In this document: positions 1-14,135 of the stretch, piece after piece
Position numbering within the stretch: position 1 is the stretch's first letter
Layout: the number at the start of each line of letters is the position of its first letter
Assembly: GCA_002633005.1 (NCBI GenBank)
Contig: NMRA01000152.1
Coordinates: 233,182-297,181 of the forward strand
Origin: Phoronis australis
Lineage: Eukaryota > Animalia > Phoronida
Reading direction: 5' to 3'
Length of the DNA: 64,000 nt
Program-made: the position numbers and the translations under genes
The notes under the pieces: generated by a model
The model's database searches: none
Told to the model about the DNA's origin: nothing
Seen by the model: the letters and a program-made list of their open reading frames with translations, nothing else

Positions 1-126
1 AAATCCAATCGAAGTGATTTATTAACCGGGTGTATTGTTGGCGGTATAGTTGCAATAACCGAAGTGTCGCTAATTTTTGCATGTAAAATTACAACAGTTA
101 CGCTTGAATCAGAAATTTTAGACATT

Positions 127-300
127 TTCGGAGTAGTGAACCTTCTGAAAGATGAACCTTCGGAGTGGTGAACCTTCGGGGTAGTGAACCTTCGGAATAG
201 TGGGCTGCTCCCATTTCCTGCGATGTAAGGAACTTCTAAAAAATACAATCAGATGAAAAATTACGTCAGTAATTTTCCGACTAAATATTTCTGTTCTGTT
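127..300 (+). repeat. 15-bp subterminal-type tandem repeats, with a related copy at about 2540-2690
   Basis: TTCGGAGTAGTGAACC-like units (about 5) followed by GGGCTGCTCCCATTTCC and CCGACTAAATATTTCTGT. Both motifs recur at 2587-2690. Confidence 0.55.
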
Positions 301-644
301 GTTCAAGTTTGCGAGCAACCGTCGCGACATCCGTTTCTGGTATTACAAATTCCGTCTTATCTCAGGAACATACATGTAGAGCCGAGAGCCATCGTTGCCG
401 TGGATAGTCTACAGATTTCCCTTCCCCATCATTAAACTGCGTCAAGCGCCTTACCAAAATCTGGAGTGTCGACTTTTGGAAAAGGTCCATCTTTCTAGAA
501 ACCCCCAGCGCAATGCTGGCTGCGGGCCTGTATTCACAATAAGACCGAGCTCAGAGGAGTGTAGGAGACACCTTTGTGCAATGCTCGACTGTCAGCCAGT
601 GAAGGCCATGATTCGCCCCAGGTCTCCCAAACAGGAGTCCCGAC

Positions 645-1856
645 CAGTGGCGGATCTACGTTTTCAGCAAGGGGGGGGGTAGGATTCCCGCCAAGATCGA
701 ATCCTAGGCGCGTAGCGCCGAGCGAGGGGAAGGTCGAGAGGGGGGTTTCCCCTCCCGTGTAAGATATTTTTTGTTTTTGTAGCCAAATAGTGAAATTTCC
801 ATGCATCCTGGTAAGTTTCTGTCACTTTACATGTCTCTGGAGTTTTTCTTAAGATAATTAAAAACCGTTCTCGATTTCGTCACATGAACTTGGCACATAA
901 GTTTCGTGAAACCATATTGTGCACATCTGGGTATGAGTCACGCCACCTGCAAAAATTTTGTTGGAACATCTGCTTACACACACCTTTTTTAGCATACGAA
1001 AAGTCGTATACGAAAAAGTGTGGTGTGTATACAGGGGTTTAGACAATTTCCAAATATTCAAGAGCATAATTAAGGAGCACCGACGGGGCGTAAAAACTTG
1101 AATATCAGATGATCGCGTAACAGCAGCCTCAAGTTCTTTAAGAACGAAAACCTGTGCTGTTAGTCCGGAAATAAACATGTGTTCTGTCTCGTTACGAGAA
1201 AAACTGGCGAACGATGGTGCTCTCAACTCATAGTCTATTATTAAAAGCGACAATAAATAATTAGGTATCACTTTATTAAGCTGAATCACTTTGACAACAA
1301 TTGAAAAACGTGAAACCTATCAGGAAACAAATCCTCTGAAAACAGTTTCACGGAACCAAAACATCCTGTGCACAGTGGTGAAAAGATACACTGGACTAGT
1401 TTGCAGAGGGACCAGATGTACACTGAGAGTACACAAAAAGCTGACCTGGTAGTCCGTCGCGAGACCAAGAGTACACTGACCTGTGCTTATTATCCTTATA
1501 AAAACAGACGATCTGTCGCGGGACCGAACAGTACTGGCTGAGATAAATAGTTTTACAAAGCACACTTTGGTAAACAAATCACAAGACTAGTTCGCCGAGG
1601 GACCAGAAGTACACTGAAACTCAACATCTTCACAAATCAAGCTGGCCTGGTCCGTCGCGAGACCTAAAGTGTACTATGCAAAAAATTTTGAGTGAACCCC
1701 CCTCAATTTTTTCCAAGTTGGTTTACTTGGGGTTTACACACGCTGGCGGTGCCGTTTTTGTTTTGCTGGAGACGCTTTTGTTTTTTTTTTAAATTTTTGG
1801 GTCCAGGCCCGAGGGGGGGTTTAAACCCCCTGAACCCCCCCGTAGATCCGCTTCTC
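645..1856. mobile_element. Non-autonomous hAT-like element (copy 1)
   Basis: TIRs CAGTGGCGGATCTACG and CGTAGATCCGCTTCTC with G/C-rich subtermini. The 8-bp flanks GTCCCGAC and GGGCCGAC match at 6/8. Internal degenerate repeats at about 1340-1680. About 1 kb is highly similar to 51410-52410. Confidence 0.8.
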
Positions 1857-2770
1857 GGGCCGACCTCAAACCACTGAGCCACACAGCCATTACTCTGATT
1901 GTCTGCTTATGAATTGTAACAAACATGAATAAATTATTGTATTTGTGTCCACTTAGTAGCCATTTAATTGGTGTGCAAAATTGACTAGTTCTTAATACAT
2001 TGATTTCATTCTTTACAAATGAGCTCAGTTCCAATCACTGCCAATCGTGATTCTTGAATCTAACTAACGACTCATTCTCAAGCACATCTCGGGCACGAGT
2101 CAGGGCTGCGGCGACTAACGGTTCTAAATCAAAATACGGCTGAATGGGGCTCATTGACTTCGTGAAGCCTGGCAGGGACAGGGTAGCCTCTGTCAGTGCT
2201 AGTTCGACCCGCCGAGTGCGTGGTTCCGGTGGGTGAGGTTCAGGCAAGGCCCTTTCCGAAGTCGCGCTGTGAAATGATGCGACCTTGATGGATTTGATGA
2301 ATGTATCGTGGTTGATAATTCATCAATATTCCCACTCCATATTTTTTTAAAATGCAATAACGTTCTCATTTGTCCGTGTTCGTTAGACATGCGGGCAATT
2401 TCGCATGCGCATGAAATCCAAACAACTCCGTGAAGGTAGCCTATTTTAGTGCGGACGTTGCTTTCGGCCGGTCGTTGAATGTATGTATCATTCATTTTTG
2501 CATGTCGTGTAAAGAATACGCCGAGTTGACTAAAGTTCGATCCTTCGAAGTAGTGAACCGTCGGAATGGCGAACGGTTTGAGTAGCGGGCTGTTCCCATT
2601 TCCAACGACGTAGGCCTAAGCCCACTTTTAACACGCAATATAACTAGATAAAAAATCGTGAAGTTATTATCCGACTAAATATTTCTGTCCGAGTAGTTTA
2701 GGGCCTAATCATTCATTTAAGCACGCCTGATTTGAAAATTGGCAGGAATTAGTAACGCGAGAACGTTTCG

Positions 2771-3108
2771 CATGCGCGCAGTCGGGGGGGGGGGGNNNNN
2801 NNNNNNNNNNNNNNNNNNNNNNNNNNNNNNNNNNNNNNNNNNNNNNNNNNNNNNNNNNNNNNNNNNNNNNNNNNNNNNNNNNNNNNGGGGGGGGGGGTTC
2901 GAACGAGCCCCCCCCCATTTGGCGATGTGGTCCGCCTCTGAGCGACAAAAAGTCCGAGAAAATGAGGCATAAGTCCATTAAACATTCGCAAACGCGTAAT
3001 TCACAGTGGTGCACCCGTTTTTTTTTAGTCCGCCCACTTTTTTGTTACCAAGAGGTCCACAAAGTCAGGAATTCGAGCCCTCCACATTGAAGGCTGGGTG
3101 CGCGCATG
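2771..3108. mobile_element. MITE with CATGCGCGCA TIRs (spans an N gap)
   Basis: CATGCGCGCAG...GGGTGCGCGCATG with G/C runs; flanks TTTCG and TTTTG. Confidence 0.55.
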
Positions 3109-3123
3109 TTTTGGACCACATTA

Positions 3124-3257
3124 CAGTGGCGGATTCAGATCGAGGGGGCCAAGGGGGCCATGGACAGTTCGGGGGTTCGAATATCTGACGGGCAAAATCC
3201 TGCCGGGCTAATACTCTGCCCTGGCCCCCCTAACTCAAAATCCTGGATCCGCCCATG
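3124..3257. mobile_element. CAGTGGCGGAT-type MITE
   Basis: CAGTGGCGGATTCAG...CTGGATCCGCCCATG with flanks CATTA and CATTA. The interior is shared with 45171-45329. Confidence 0.7.
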
Positions 3258-6200
3258 CATTACATCCGAATTCAGCCGTCCAGTTCCGTGCGTCCTTTCT
3301 TCGGAAATGTCCAGAGTGAGAGACCGTCATGCAGATCAATTTTGCAAAAAGTGGTACAAAATCCGTAGCAAATAGTTTTTGGTGAGGAGATAGGTATGAA
3401 AAAACTATCAGGGCAGATTTGCATTCGTTTTTTTATAACACTGTGCAAGCCGGCTGTCCAATATGAATATGCTGTAGGACTCTCAATGCATTACTTCCTT
3501 GTTTTTGATGTCAACACCAGACGACGCTGATGCAAGACTTTGGCACATGGTGTGACCATCTTTCTACATTATGACCATAGACTTCACTGACTCGATGATC
3601 GAGGTGAAAGGCGTGGTGAAGTTGTGCTGGCTGCCGATTTCCTGATTGTTTTGTGTAAAAGACTTCGACAGAGAGGTATTTAAGTTATAGGGAGTGTAGC
3701 GTGGCACTCTTTCAACACAAAAAAATCATAGAATGTGGAATCTATAGTACTAGTAGTAGTAGCAAGGACTTGTACTGTTTGTGCGTGGATTGTTCATGCA
3801 CGGAGACATCTCAACCTACCGGTTCCATGAGGCTTGACACTCCTTGGTAGTAGTACACGGTACTGCAGTACTGACTGAACACGCCGAGTGAAAGTCACTG
3901 TCGTACACCACACTGGTTAGTTTACTAATCAGTCAATGCTCCACTTCCTACCTTCAGTTGCCCGGGGAGTCACTTCGCAAACTAACTTAACACTGGAAGA
4001 ACTTTGAAGGTATAAGTTAAGTAAACGCACCTCACAATAATGCCGTTATGTTTTGTTTTGACTTTGTTAACCAATCCTGACCTCATGTGACCTAGGTAAA
4101 CATTGAAGTAGGCTATAGTTTTTAATCATTTAGCAAAAACTGTATGTTGTGAATTTAGTTGTGCCTTGGTAAGTCTATTTTACATGGAATTTTTTAATAT
4201 GAAACATTTGAAGAGTCAGCACCTTGGATTTTCATGTTACAAATACAAATAAAAAATGGGACACTCTAGACAGGTAACTGTCTAAAAACTACAGGTATTT
4301 CCATGACTCACTGGGACCAGTGTGCCAAAGCAAAGGATGAACACGACTAATTTCACAAGACAAACAATTTAAAACCATAACAAGATAAGTTTTTACAACA
4401 TAGTGTGATCCATGATTAAATAAGTTAATAACTACCCGGCAAGAAATAATAAGTGAAAAAATTTTTAAGCCCGTAATGGAATTTAATTGATCTCCTGCTG
4501 AAATTCCTGCTACCAAGGTCAAGGTCACTACACATTGAACAGGAGTGGGACAACAAATATGAAAATGAATCTTGCAAAGGTTGTTTGAATTTAGTGGGTG
4601 AAAGTGGATTGCTATTTGATGCGCTGAAGCTTGTTCTAAGATCCAAGTTTCTTCAGCTGTTGATAGGAAATGGCTTCAATATGAGCCGGGGAGACATCAT
4701 TACATTCCATTCTCTTGGAGTGTAAAAATCAAGAAATTTCTACTATCATGATCTAATCTAGAATTACGCTCCACTGATTAAACTTGTCAAGCAACCCTTA
4801 TGTGTTGGTAAACAATACTGTGGTTAAGCTGGTCAGAGCTTACTGTCACACAAGTTAAGGAATCAACAGTTCTAATTTCTATTTGTTTTTTTCCATTCGA
4901 ATTTTTTGGTGAAAGTAATTCACACCAAAACATATGTGCTTCACAACATTTGTTGAAAATCATTTGTAAATAGTATTTTTAAATATCAATTAGCGTCAGG
5001 CGCGCTGGATTATGTGAGCTTATCAGATGAAAGCAGACAATAAGAGAGCTGGACTATATAAATATTGGTTTGCCACTGTCAAACTGATAACAGCATGGCT
5101 ATATCCCGCCGACTGGCTGACCAGTCAATCAGGATACTCATTCCACTGCGAGGGTGCTTAACAGAGTCAAGAAAAGTGCAATGCGGCTATAAATTTACGA
5201 AAATTGGCCCACCCAAAAGTATGCTCATGGGTAATTTTCCATTTCCCAAAAGTATGCCATGGGCACATTTTCAGTAACTGTTTAATGTTTTAAAAATCTG
5301 ATGGATTGTTCTAAAAATATGTAATAAGTAAATAAGTTTTAATGTAAACTTTGTTTATTTTGGCAAGACATTATATTTTGAGATTGGGATTTCACTGAAT
5401 GACTACCATTTGTCCCACGCCACATGTCATAGACTGTTGTTGTTGTGGTATCTCCATAAGGAAACTGTAGAATTTGTTCATATTTTTTACCAATGTGTTG
5501 GTGTTACATCTCCGGGCGCGAGTCACTTTGGGTGAGCGTGACATCATTTTCAAGGTCACAGCGAGAGAATCAAGTTTTTGCCTAGAAAATGGCATTGACA
5601 CGATATCTCCTGAAAGAAGCTGGGGATATGGTTCCAAAAGTACCTCAGAAACAAGCTAGGAGTTCTTCCCGCCATTTTGCTCACAGTGTGTCTTAGCTGC
5701 TCACTGTGCTAATTTAAGTAACAAATCTAACTAGTGGTAACTCAAAATGTCACCAGATGAAAGCTAGAAAATAACTCGCAAGTATTCAGTCTTCACTGTT
5801 TATTGGTTACAGCAAACTACGAATGATCGTAACCTGAAAGAACAGAGACAGGGGTAAATACTAGGCGGCTAGGGTGAATAGCAAGCGCCATCTATACGTC
5901 ATAATTCTCTAAAAGCAAGTTTTTGATCAGCGTTTGGAGCGTGTTAGTTTTTCAAGGTATTCTTGATGGAAAAGATCACAACTGTAGGGATATCTCATGT
6001 TAAGTATGGTGAAGAAGTTAGGACTGTGGAATGTTGGTCCAGTCAAGTCAAAAAGGTGGCAATTCGTGACAGAAGATCATCACGCTGATCTAAAATCTGT
6101 TCCCACTGCGAACTAGTCAGGAAGTAACTTTAATGGGAAAGCAGCTTAACTCTTTGAAGCATGATATATAATTGGCCTTTGTATCAGCTCCCAGCCTCCC

Positions 6201-7462
6201 AGCCATGATAAAGACCGTTGGCCCCTGCTGTGTATGTGCTTAGCAATTAATGCAACTGATGTCTGCATACTCACTAAAAGGGAGATATTTATTAGGATAT
6301 AAAAGAATCAGTCAAGCCACATCGCTCTGAATAAACTTATAACAAAACGATTCAGTGTCATCTGGACATTTTAGCAAATTGCTGTTAAACTGTGTGAAAT
6401 AGGAGTAATTTGGTGATAAACTTACTTCAATTATGAACCTAAATAACCTGTGTATCATGCAAAGTATCCTTTGAGAGATCCAGCAATTCCAGCTGGCTCA
6501 TCAATTACAAGGTCTACGATTAATATCGATTGTTTTAACCACACTCACAGTGAATCATTAAAGACACCTGGAGGATGTCTTCGTAAAATAGCAATCTTTT
6601 TACTGCTGTTTATAAACAATCAACTTTATTACCCAATAATATGATCATTTTGGGCACTGAGGGGTTATAGACGGTTGTTCACACACAATAGGCCTTTTGA
6701 AATTCATGTATCACAAGATTCACCCCCTTGCGAAATGTCAACAAACAAACAATAAATTTTACCCGACAACGCATTGTTTGTCAGGTAAAATGGCAGTTTG
6801 GAAAGAAAAATAGTTCATGGTCCTGGCTGAGAGGACATTTGGATTCTAAATTGCAGAGCCTGTAGTGGTGGTAAAACATATTTACTTCGAAGTCATTTTC
6901 AAACTCAGTAGAAAGAAAGCGTAGTGTGTGAAATTTAAGTAATACAGTGAACCCTTAAATCGCTCGTGTCCCACGTTCCAGAATAAAAAATTCAGCAGTA
7001 ATTTCCGTGTCCCAAATTTTGGAAACTGTTTCCCAAGTTGGGAAATTTTTACATTTATTATCCTTCTGTGGGAGATTTTTTGCACAAAACCAATTCTTCT
7101 GGCACAATGACAGTCAGGTGAGATTTTGCCTGCTGGAGAAACATGCCTGATAGAAGGCCAAATTTCAGGAGACAGACTGGAGTTGTTAAAAACGTCCAGT
7201 AAATGTCCCAGTGACCTTTTTTCCAACAACTTTCCAACTGTTGGGGAATGCCTAGACTATCAACTCACCATCTTACTAGAAGTTTTTAAGGATAGACTGA
7301 TTATAAAGCAGATTGGCTAGCATGTTTTTGGATTGTCAGTCAGAGGACTGAAATGACCTAGTGGCTCATGGGTTGGAATCTGAAATTAGGGAGGGGTCTA
7401 CCACAACAGTGTCTAGTGTAGAAAATTCAGGTTGAAGGAGGTTGATCAGTGGGTTTGTTACC

Positions 7463-8023
7463 TTTTTATGCAACCACGAATTTATATGTGGACCATTATG
7501 CTGTCATCTCCGTCCGTCTAGCATCCGTCCGGTGTCCGTCTGGCATCCGTCCGGCGTCGGTCTGTCTGGCATCCGGCGTCCGCTGCTCTCTCCAAAATGT
7601 CTTGACGTATGTTCATAAAATTTTGCACGTGTTCCTCTTGTGGATGGGACGGCATGAGCGAACTTTCGGATAGATCCAACTACCGGTGTGCCCACTAGTG
7701 GATCTTTACAGGATCTTTATTAAATTTAGTATGTGAATTTATATGAAGGTAATTAACAGACGGCGACTTTCAGGTGGATGGAACGAACGCTGCGCCCACA
7801 ATAAAGTGGCAATTAATTCATTTTGTTCTGTTTTCCTTTGTTTCTCTGAAGTTCCTTGACAGATTTTTATGAAATATGGCATATGTTCCCGTTTTTGGAT
7901 GGATTGTATGTTTTTGCACATTCTAGTGGCCATTTTTATGATACAGATAAATAAGTTAAACCCTAAAAGCACATCATTTGCGATGCATTCGTGGGCACAT
8001 TTCAATGCTCCGCGTTGCTCTTG
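7463..8023 (+). mobile_element. Helentron-associated (HINE/DINE-1-like) interspersed repeat
   Basis: Starts TTTTTATGC, contains a GTCC/GTCT microsatellite (7508-7582), and ends CACATTTCAATGCTCCGCGTTGCTCTTGT, which recurs at about 32630-32660. Confidence 0.5.
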
Positions 8024-8543
8024 TATTTGATGGTATTTGCTACACTACGTTTCCTGACTTTTGGCAAAGAAATGTTTAATAATTATTGTTGATTTGATTT
8101 TTATTGCTGCTTACTATCCAATTTGATCTGCATGTCTGCTGAAATTGTCAAAATTGTAGCACATTTCTGATGTGACTGAAAAATAGGGCTTTATCCTGCA
8201 TGCTGTGTAAAAACCAGTTTAAACCAGATTTTGTATTGGCAAAATAAACAGATGATAACAGAAGCCATTCCTCCTTGCATTCCCTTTGACATGTTTATGT
8301 GCAAGGTTATAAGACAAGTGACCACTGGCTCCAACTTATCCAGTTGACGTCTTCTGTTCTACTTTTAAATTAGTGCAAACTCTTGGTAAGTGTTGGTAAT
8401 TATGGGCTCGGGGTATGTCATGCTATGGTATACATGCATGCGAGTTTCTTTAGTCTATGTTTGCACTTGATGACCCCTAGACTCAGGGTACTAATTCGTC
8501 ACATTCATTTGCTATGTAAAGGAACAAAAGTTCTGAATGTATA

Positions 8544-8699
8544 CAGTGCTGTAGTGGTAAAATAAGAGGTAAGTAGGCGCCCAAAGCCCACCGTACCACC
8601 TCGAACACTGAACGTAACTTACGGTGCGTAGGCGCTACGTTCAAATGCCAAAAGGTGGTTGGCTGCACCTACGTGCGCCTATGCCCCACAACAGCACTG
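8544..8699. mobile_element. hAT-like MITE (CAGTGCTGTAGTGG TIR), copy 1
   Basis: TIRs CAGTGCTGTAGTGG and CCACAACAGCACTG; 8-bp TSD AATGTATA/AATATATA; homologous to 37152-37313. Confidence 0.85.
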
Positions 8700-11600
8700 A
8701 ATATATAAATTAGACATGTGAAACTTTAGGTTCTTAGTTCAATTTTAGCCAATAGCCTGTTGAACTGGAATTGTTTAGTCCATAAGGCATGCATGGAATT
8801 TTTAATGTACAAATTGCAGGAAACTTAAAGTTGAGCTCTGGTACCAATTACTGTAGGTAGACAAGGCCTAAAAGAGCACCAAAATGAGTCTTAAGAAAGA
8901 CAAGTTAGGGTGTATGTATTGACAAAACAATTACTGGAGCCATTTTCTGTTGTGGAAGTGACCCTTTGAAATCGTAGGGATTTATGTGATATGTCCTGAG
9001 ATCAGGGTACAGTCTTTTGTGTGGCTTAACCGACAGGAATACCTCCTATTCAGATTCAAGGAGCAAATGATGATCTCATGTCTCAGTCTGTCAAAAACAA
9101 ACTCATGATTTGTGGTCTGTCGCAAAATTGATTTCGCCACGTAGTTTTGAGAAGAAGTCATTTGCCAGTTGTCTGTATGGCTGTCAGGCGAATTCAAGGT
9201 CACTATAAATTGTAACCTATTTCAAATCAAAAGATAAGAATGTGACTACCTTACGTACTTTGGAGAACAATTAAAGTTGTTAAAAAATTGGATAGTGTTG
9301 ATGCCTGAACATGATTTTAACAGCTTTAAAGTTGGCGGGGGATGGGGTGTCATTGCCACGTTTAGGGTGATGACCGTTAGGAGAATGCCAGGTGATTTAT
9401 TGGATCCAATTTTAATTTAAATGATAAGGATATGCCCTTCCTGAGTTACATAGCAATAAAATTCTCCTTTGTTCTGGAGGCAAGAAAATGCCTGTTTTCA
9501 TTAATCTGGTTTTGGAATGTCAGGCACATTTTCACAGGTCATGTCCTTGCAAAACCATCCACTGATTAAAAGTATATGGCCATGGAAATTTTACCAATGT
9601 AACCATTTAAAAATACCGGAATTGATAGGTATCTTGTTGAAGAAAGGCATTTTGTTTGCTTCAAAATTAACCTGACAAATGGTCTTTATCCACGTGCTCC
9701 GCATTCTCTAATTTCTTTAATTGGTGTCAGGAAGCCAAAGAACTTGTCACGCATTCATGGATATTTGTCAAATTCATCTAACTTTTACCCATTGGAGTTG
9801 CAGCCCACAACAGAAGTAGTACTTCATTGACAATGGAAAAACAAATTATACCGGTAGATTAATGCAGCCTAAGAACCTGGTTCCTAGATGCAGCCAAGAA
9901 AAACTCGCAAAGAATACGACAACAACTAAGAACATATGGAACTCCAATGACGTGAAAATGCCAGGCTACAAAAGTTCTTGATGGATATTGTGGCATTGTG
10001 GGTAAATGTAGCGAGATTCGAGTGTCGTTGCGTAATCTGGGACTGCCCTATTTATTCTGTGACTTTGGAGTGCAAATATGCTTGTGAAGAATCTTGATGT
10101 TTTAAACGGTTGAACATAATGTTTAACAGCTCTTAAAGCAGACGGACATTACTATGTTTTCGTTTTTAACCCGTGTCATCATTTCATTTTTCATTTGCAT
10201 GTTGAGTTTCCTTAATTATAGTGGAAGTCAGTCCTTAAGGCTCTTGTACTTAGTGGAATTAGCTGGTTCATGAGGCCACGGCCTGATAGACTCTGAAACT
10301 GTTGAAAAGTGCAACGACCCTCTGTGAGACCGACCATTTGTTCAGAATCGAGGGCGTATTTAATTTTCTTTTTATGTTATCTGCCATGGTTCAAACACTG
10401 CATAAGCACGCTGTCAAAATCTACTATATTATATTGGTTAGCTGAAATAAGTTGACAAAATTTTGAACAAATAATAGCCAAGGAGAAAAGTTATAATTTT
10501 TTATTCAAATTTGTTCTTTTGCTCACAGTCAAATGCAAACAACCCCAAATATAAGGCCATGACCTAATTTTCAAACGTTAAGCAGCATACTCGAAGATAA
10601 GCCCATGTTTCAGTGCTGTTGCCTTCCTGGGAAGTACCAGCTGGTATCCCATCTATGGAAGGCAAAGCAAAAAAAAAAAATAAAAACACTTTACTATAAT
10701 TGTGCAGGAATTGAAGAAATAATTTTCAAAGCAAGAATGTTCAATTCTCATTCATAAAGTGAGTTCACTCAAAGTCCAAATGAAAAGAGAACGTGTCACT
10801 TGCTGTAAGAAATTGTTTCAGAAAATAAAAAAATAACATGCCACAAAAATAACGCCGTAAAAATGTGACTATCGCAGAACAAAAAAAATGTTGCAGAAAA
10901 AACTTTAACTTGCTAGGAGTCTCATGACTGCGTTTTCCTGACGTTCAGTGACTTTACCAGACATAGAGGGTTGTGAGCATGTGATAACATCTAGCTTCTT
11001 TGTTAACTGCCAAGCACAATCTTTTGTCTGGTATGACAACAGGCAGGCCATTTATCTACCAGGCTTATTAGAGACCACTTGTGAACACAGTGAAACCTAG
11101 AGCGAATTGGTACGTTCTGAAAGAATAGATTGTCGTAACTTCGGTTGTAGTTGGGTGGTTTTGGCGATTCAAAAACTAAACACGATCACCATTTGACGAG
11201 GATTTCAGAAATGCTATTGGTTTATGTTCAAATATGTTATAACTAAACTTTTATTTTTAACAGCACAGCTCAGTCAGGTTAGATATGATCTTATTAGAGA
11301 TTAGAGCAATTATCGAACAAAAGAGAGCTGGCCCTCCAACCCTAAATACCAGAATGGAGTTAATCAGATATTGGCTACAGGGGTCATCTTCCCAACTTGT
11401 TGTTGGGCTACAGAATCGAACAAGTTGGGAGCAACGGGAAAACGCCGTAATGTGACAACTCTGGACCACGTGACCAAATCATTCATTTGAAGCAAGATAG
11501 CTGAGGCAGTTGGAGAACGTTTGGCTCTGGTGGCTACAATAGTCAATGATCCACATTTTATATGTGATGGCAAGGCATTGCTCAACTAAGCCCCTGTGTA

Positions 11601-13603
11601 CGTAAGCAGTATCCGTGTCGTCAAGTTGAAGTCGCGTGTTGCTGTATGGTCACATGCTCCTAAATGGTTATGTGGTCCTCGCATGATGATATTTTTGCTG
11701 GCGCCATTTTTTATCGACAACGAGTGGTGTGTCTGTTTTGAACCAGCGCAGATGATGTGATTCTTTGGCGTGAATGACATGCTTTGCAGTGGCTCCTCAT
11801 ACTGTCACCGAAATAATCAAAAAGAACAATTACATGCCTTAGCGGCACACCCTCTTGTCATATCCTGCAGGATTTCATCATATCTGAAATCCTATTTGTT
11901 GATTTTTGACCTCGGGTCATGACAAACGATCGCCATCAAGCACCTATGTCGAGACAAGGGTCGAGAAGACATACATCTTTCGATATTACCCGACAACTCG
12001 TGAATTTGACATCAAGCTGTCATGAAGCAGTGAACATGAGTGCACTTTTTATCGGTGACATTGTCGTTGATGAAAAATCATATCGTGCCTATTAGCCATT
12101 AAGGGTTGCTTGTATGGACATGCCAAACCAAGGTAATTAAGTTCACTATGGTTTGTTCTCCTTATGTCTCTCTGTACCTGGGGTTATCTTGTTAGTACAC
12201 TAGGCACTAACTGCAGGGAGTGTCTGAAACTGACGTTATCTTGATATGTAAATAATGTTTTTTTTATATGCAGTGTTTGCCCACTGCACCTTTGATAATC
12301 TATACAGGGAGGACATTTTGCTAGAATTACATGTACCTTTGAATATAACTATTCTTCACTTATTTGGTTTGGAATAACTGCCATTTTGCTGTAAATTACA
12401 AAAACATGTATGAAATGTTGTTTTATGACACTATACAAATCATATGAATAATAGACTAAATATTTGTTGGCCTGTAGCTGAGAAATTTGACAAAATAAAT
12501 TCAGTTCTCCCCCATAGTATGCGCTGCAGAGGATTATGGGTAATGATGCAGGAAATGATCTAAATGAAAGCGTCCTAACGGAGCGTCACTTGGTGAAATA
12601 GACTTGGTGAAATAAGAGAGTATATTATGATTGACAACAAAAGCAACAACTCTTTAGACGACAACACTCATGTGACTATACGGGTGCAGAGGACGACTTC
12701 AGAGACCATGGCCTTGCCAACAACACTGTCAAAAACACTGGCAATGCTGCTTGCAACACCGACAACACCACCCATGAAAATGACGTCACGAACTCCAACA
12801 CTGGTGACATACAATAGTGGTGAACTCGTATCAATCGGGAAGACATTGCTGACATTGCCGGCATGCACACCGCCAAAACATTTGATTTCAGAAAGACCCG
12901 TCTCAGAGCTGCTAGAGATACAGCGCGATAAATTATTCAATGAAAAAAGAGTCATCCATAACAAGAATGAATGGAATACTGCAGATAGCTATTGACAAGA
13001 TCTGTTTACATACCATTTCTTAGAATTCCTCAAAGCACTTGTGAGCTAGAGCTCTGTGAAACAAAATGGGAAAAATGGCCATTGTAACACTACCATTAGT
13101 CCAAAAACAATAGGCCTCAAGCTTTTAACGTGATACAAATGTTTTGTAAATTTCATATTGATCGGGTGAAACATGCAACCTGTAGCATGCATATGTCAAA
13201 AGAGCAGCAAGGAATCTGTCAATAAAGGAGCAATCATATCAGATCAGGTAACCTCGAAAACCTCGAATAACCCAAGAATGGCAAATCATGAAATGGTTTA
13301 CACATTCGATAATTCTCAACAAAATCTCTCCACATACCAGATAGAAGAAGAACACCTTAACATTGGCTGAGTTAAAGCTCCTGAAAGTGAAAATTTGAAA
13401 ATGCTTGTTACAGCACCTTGTGTCTTTTTTCAATCAAATTAAATAATCCCCTAGCTCTGGAGAATAAATATACTATTGTGTAAACTTCACGTGGATTGGA
13501 GAAACGTAGCCTGTGTGGTGTGAACATAAAGCATGCTGACTAACTTTAGGACACAGGAACATTACGTACTTGCTGAATTTCATTCCCCCAAGCAATTACA
13601 GTA

Positions 13604-13791
13604 CAGTGGTGGATTAAAGGTGTGTGTGGTGGCCCAGGTGTTTGGCTGTTGATGAAAAATAAATAAAAAAAAGACACGAAAACAAGTTATGGCATTTATC
13701 AAGTTGCAAATTATTGTGGGTGTATTATGCGTGTTCAGGGGGGAGGGGGGAACAGAAGTTTGGAGCTTTGCACCACTTAGATCTGCCACTG
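13604..13791. mobile_element. Older CAGTGG-type MITE
   Basis: CAGTGGTGGATTAAAGG...CTTAGATCTGCCACTG; flanks CAGTA and CAATA. Confidence 0.55.
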
Positions 13792-14135
13792 CAATACTCT
13801 AATGTATTTGGGGATAAGGTATTTAGTGGTTTCAGATGCTATGATATGTGGGAAGAGGTGTTAATCAATATCTCGGGTAAATATTGGTTTGGACACAACT
13901 GTTGTGTTTTAACAGCTGACACAAATGGACACAGCTGGGTGTTAATCCCAATGGTTGACACAGCAGATAATATCATATCCCTTAATACTTGTATGGTGTT
14001 GTAGCCTTGGAACAACTTAATAGCTACATACTACTGGGTTAATAGTTAAAAACTGGGTTATTTGCTGTCATTAGTGGCATGCTGGGTCACCAGTAAAGTT
14101 CTATCTCTTACAGATCTGGTAGTTTTCCAGGCAAC

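Noticed and set aside
858-1289. 143-aa ORF also present at 51767-52018
   Set aside because: It lies within the hAT-like repeat, is frameshifted in the second copy, and has no recognisable motif.
9700-10090. Possible second Cys-rich transposase tail remnant
   Set aside because: Too decayed to give a consistent reading frame.
12627-12995. Thr-rich 122-aa ORF
   Set aside because: Low complexity with no splice partners or recognisable domain; possibly a retroelement remnant, but unsupported.
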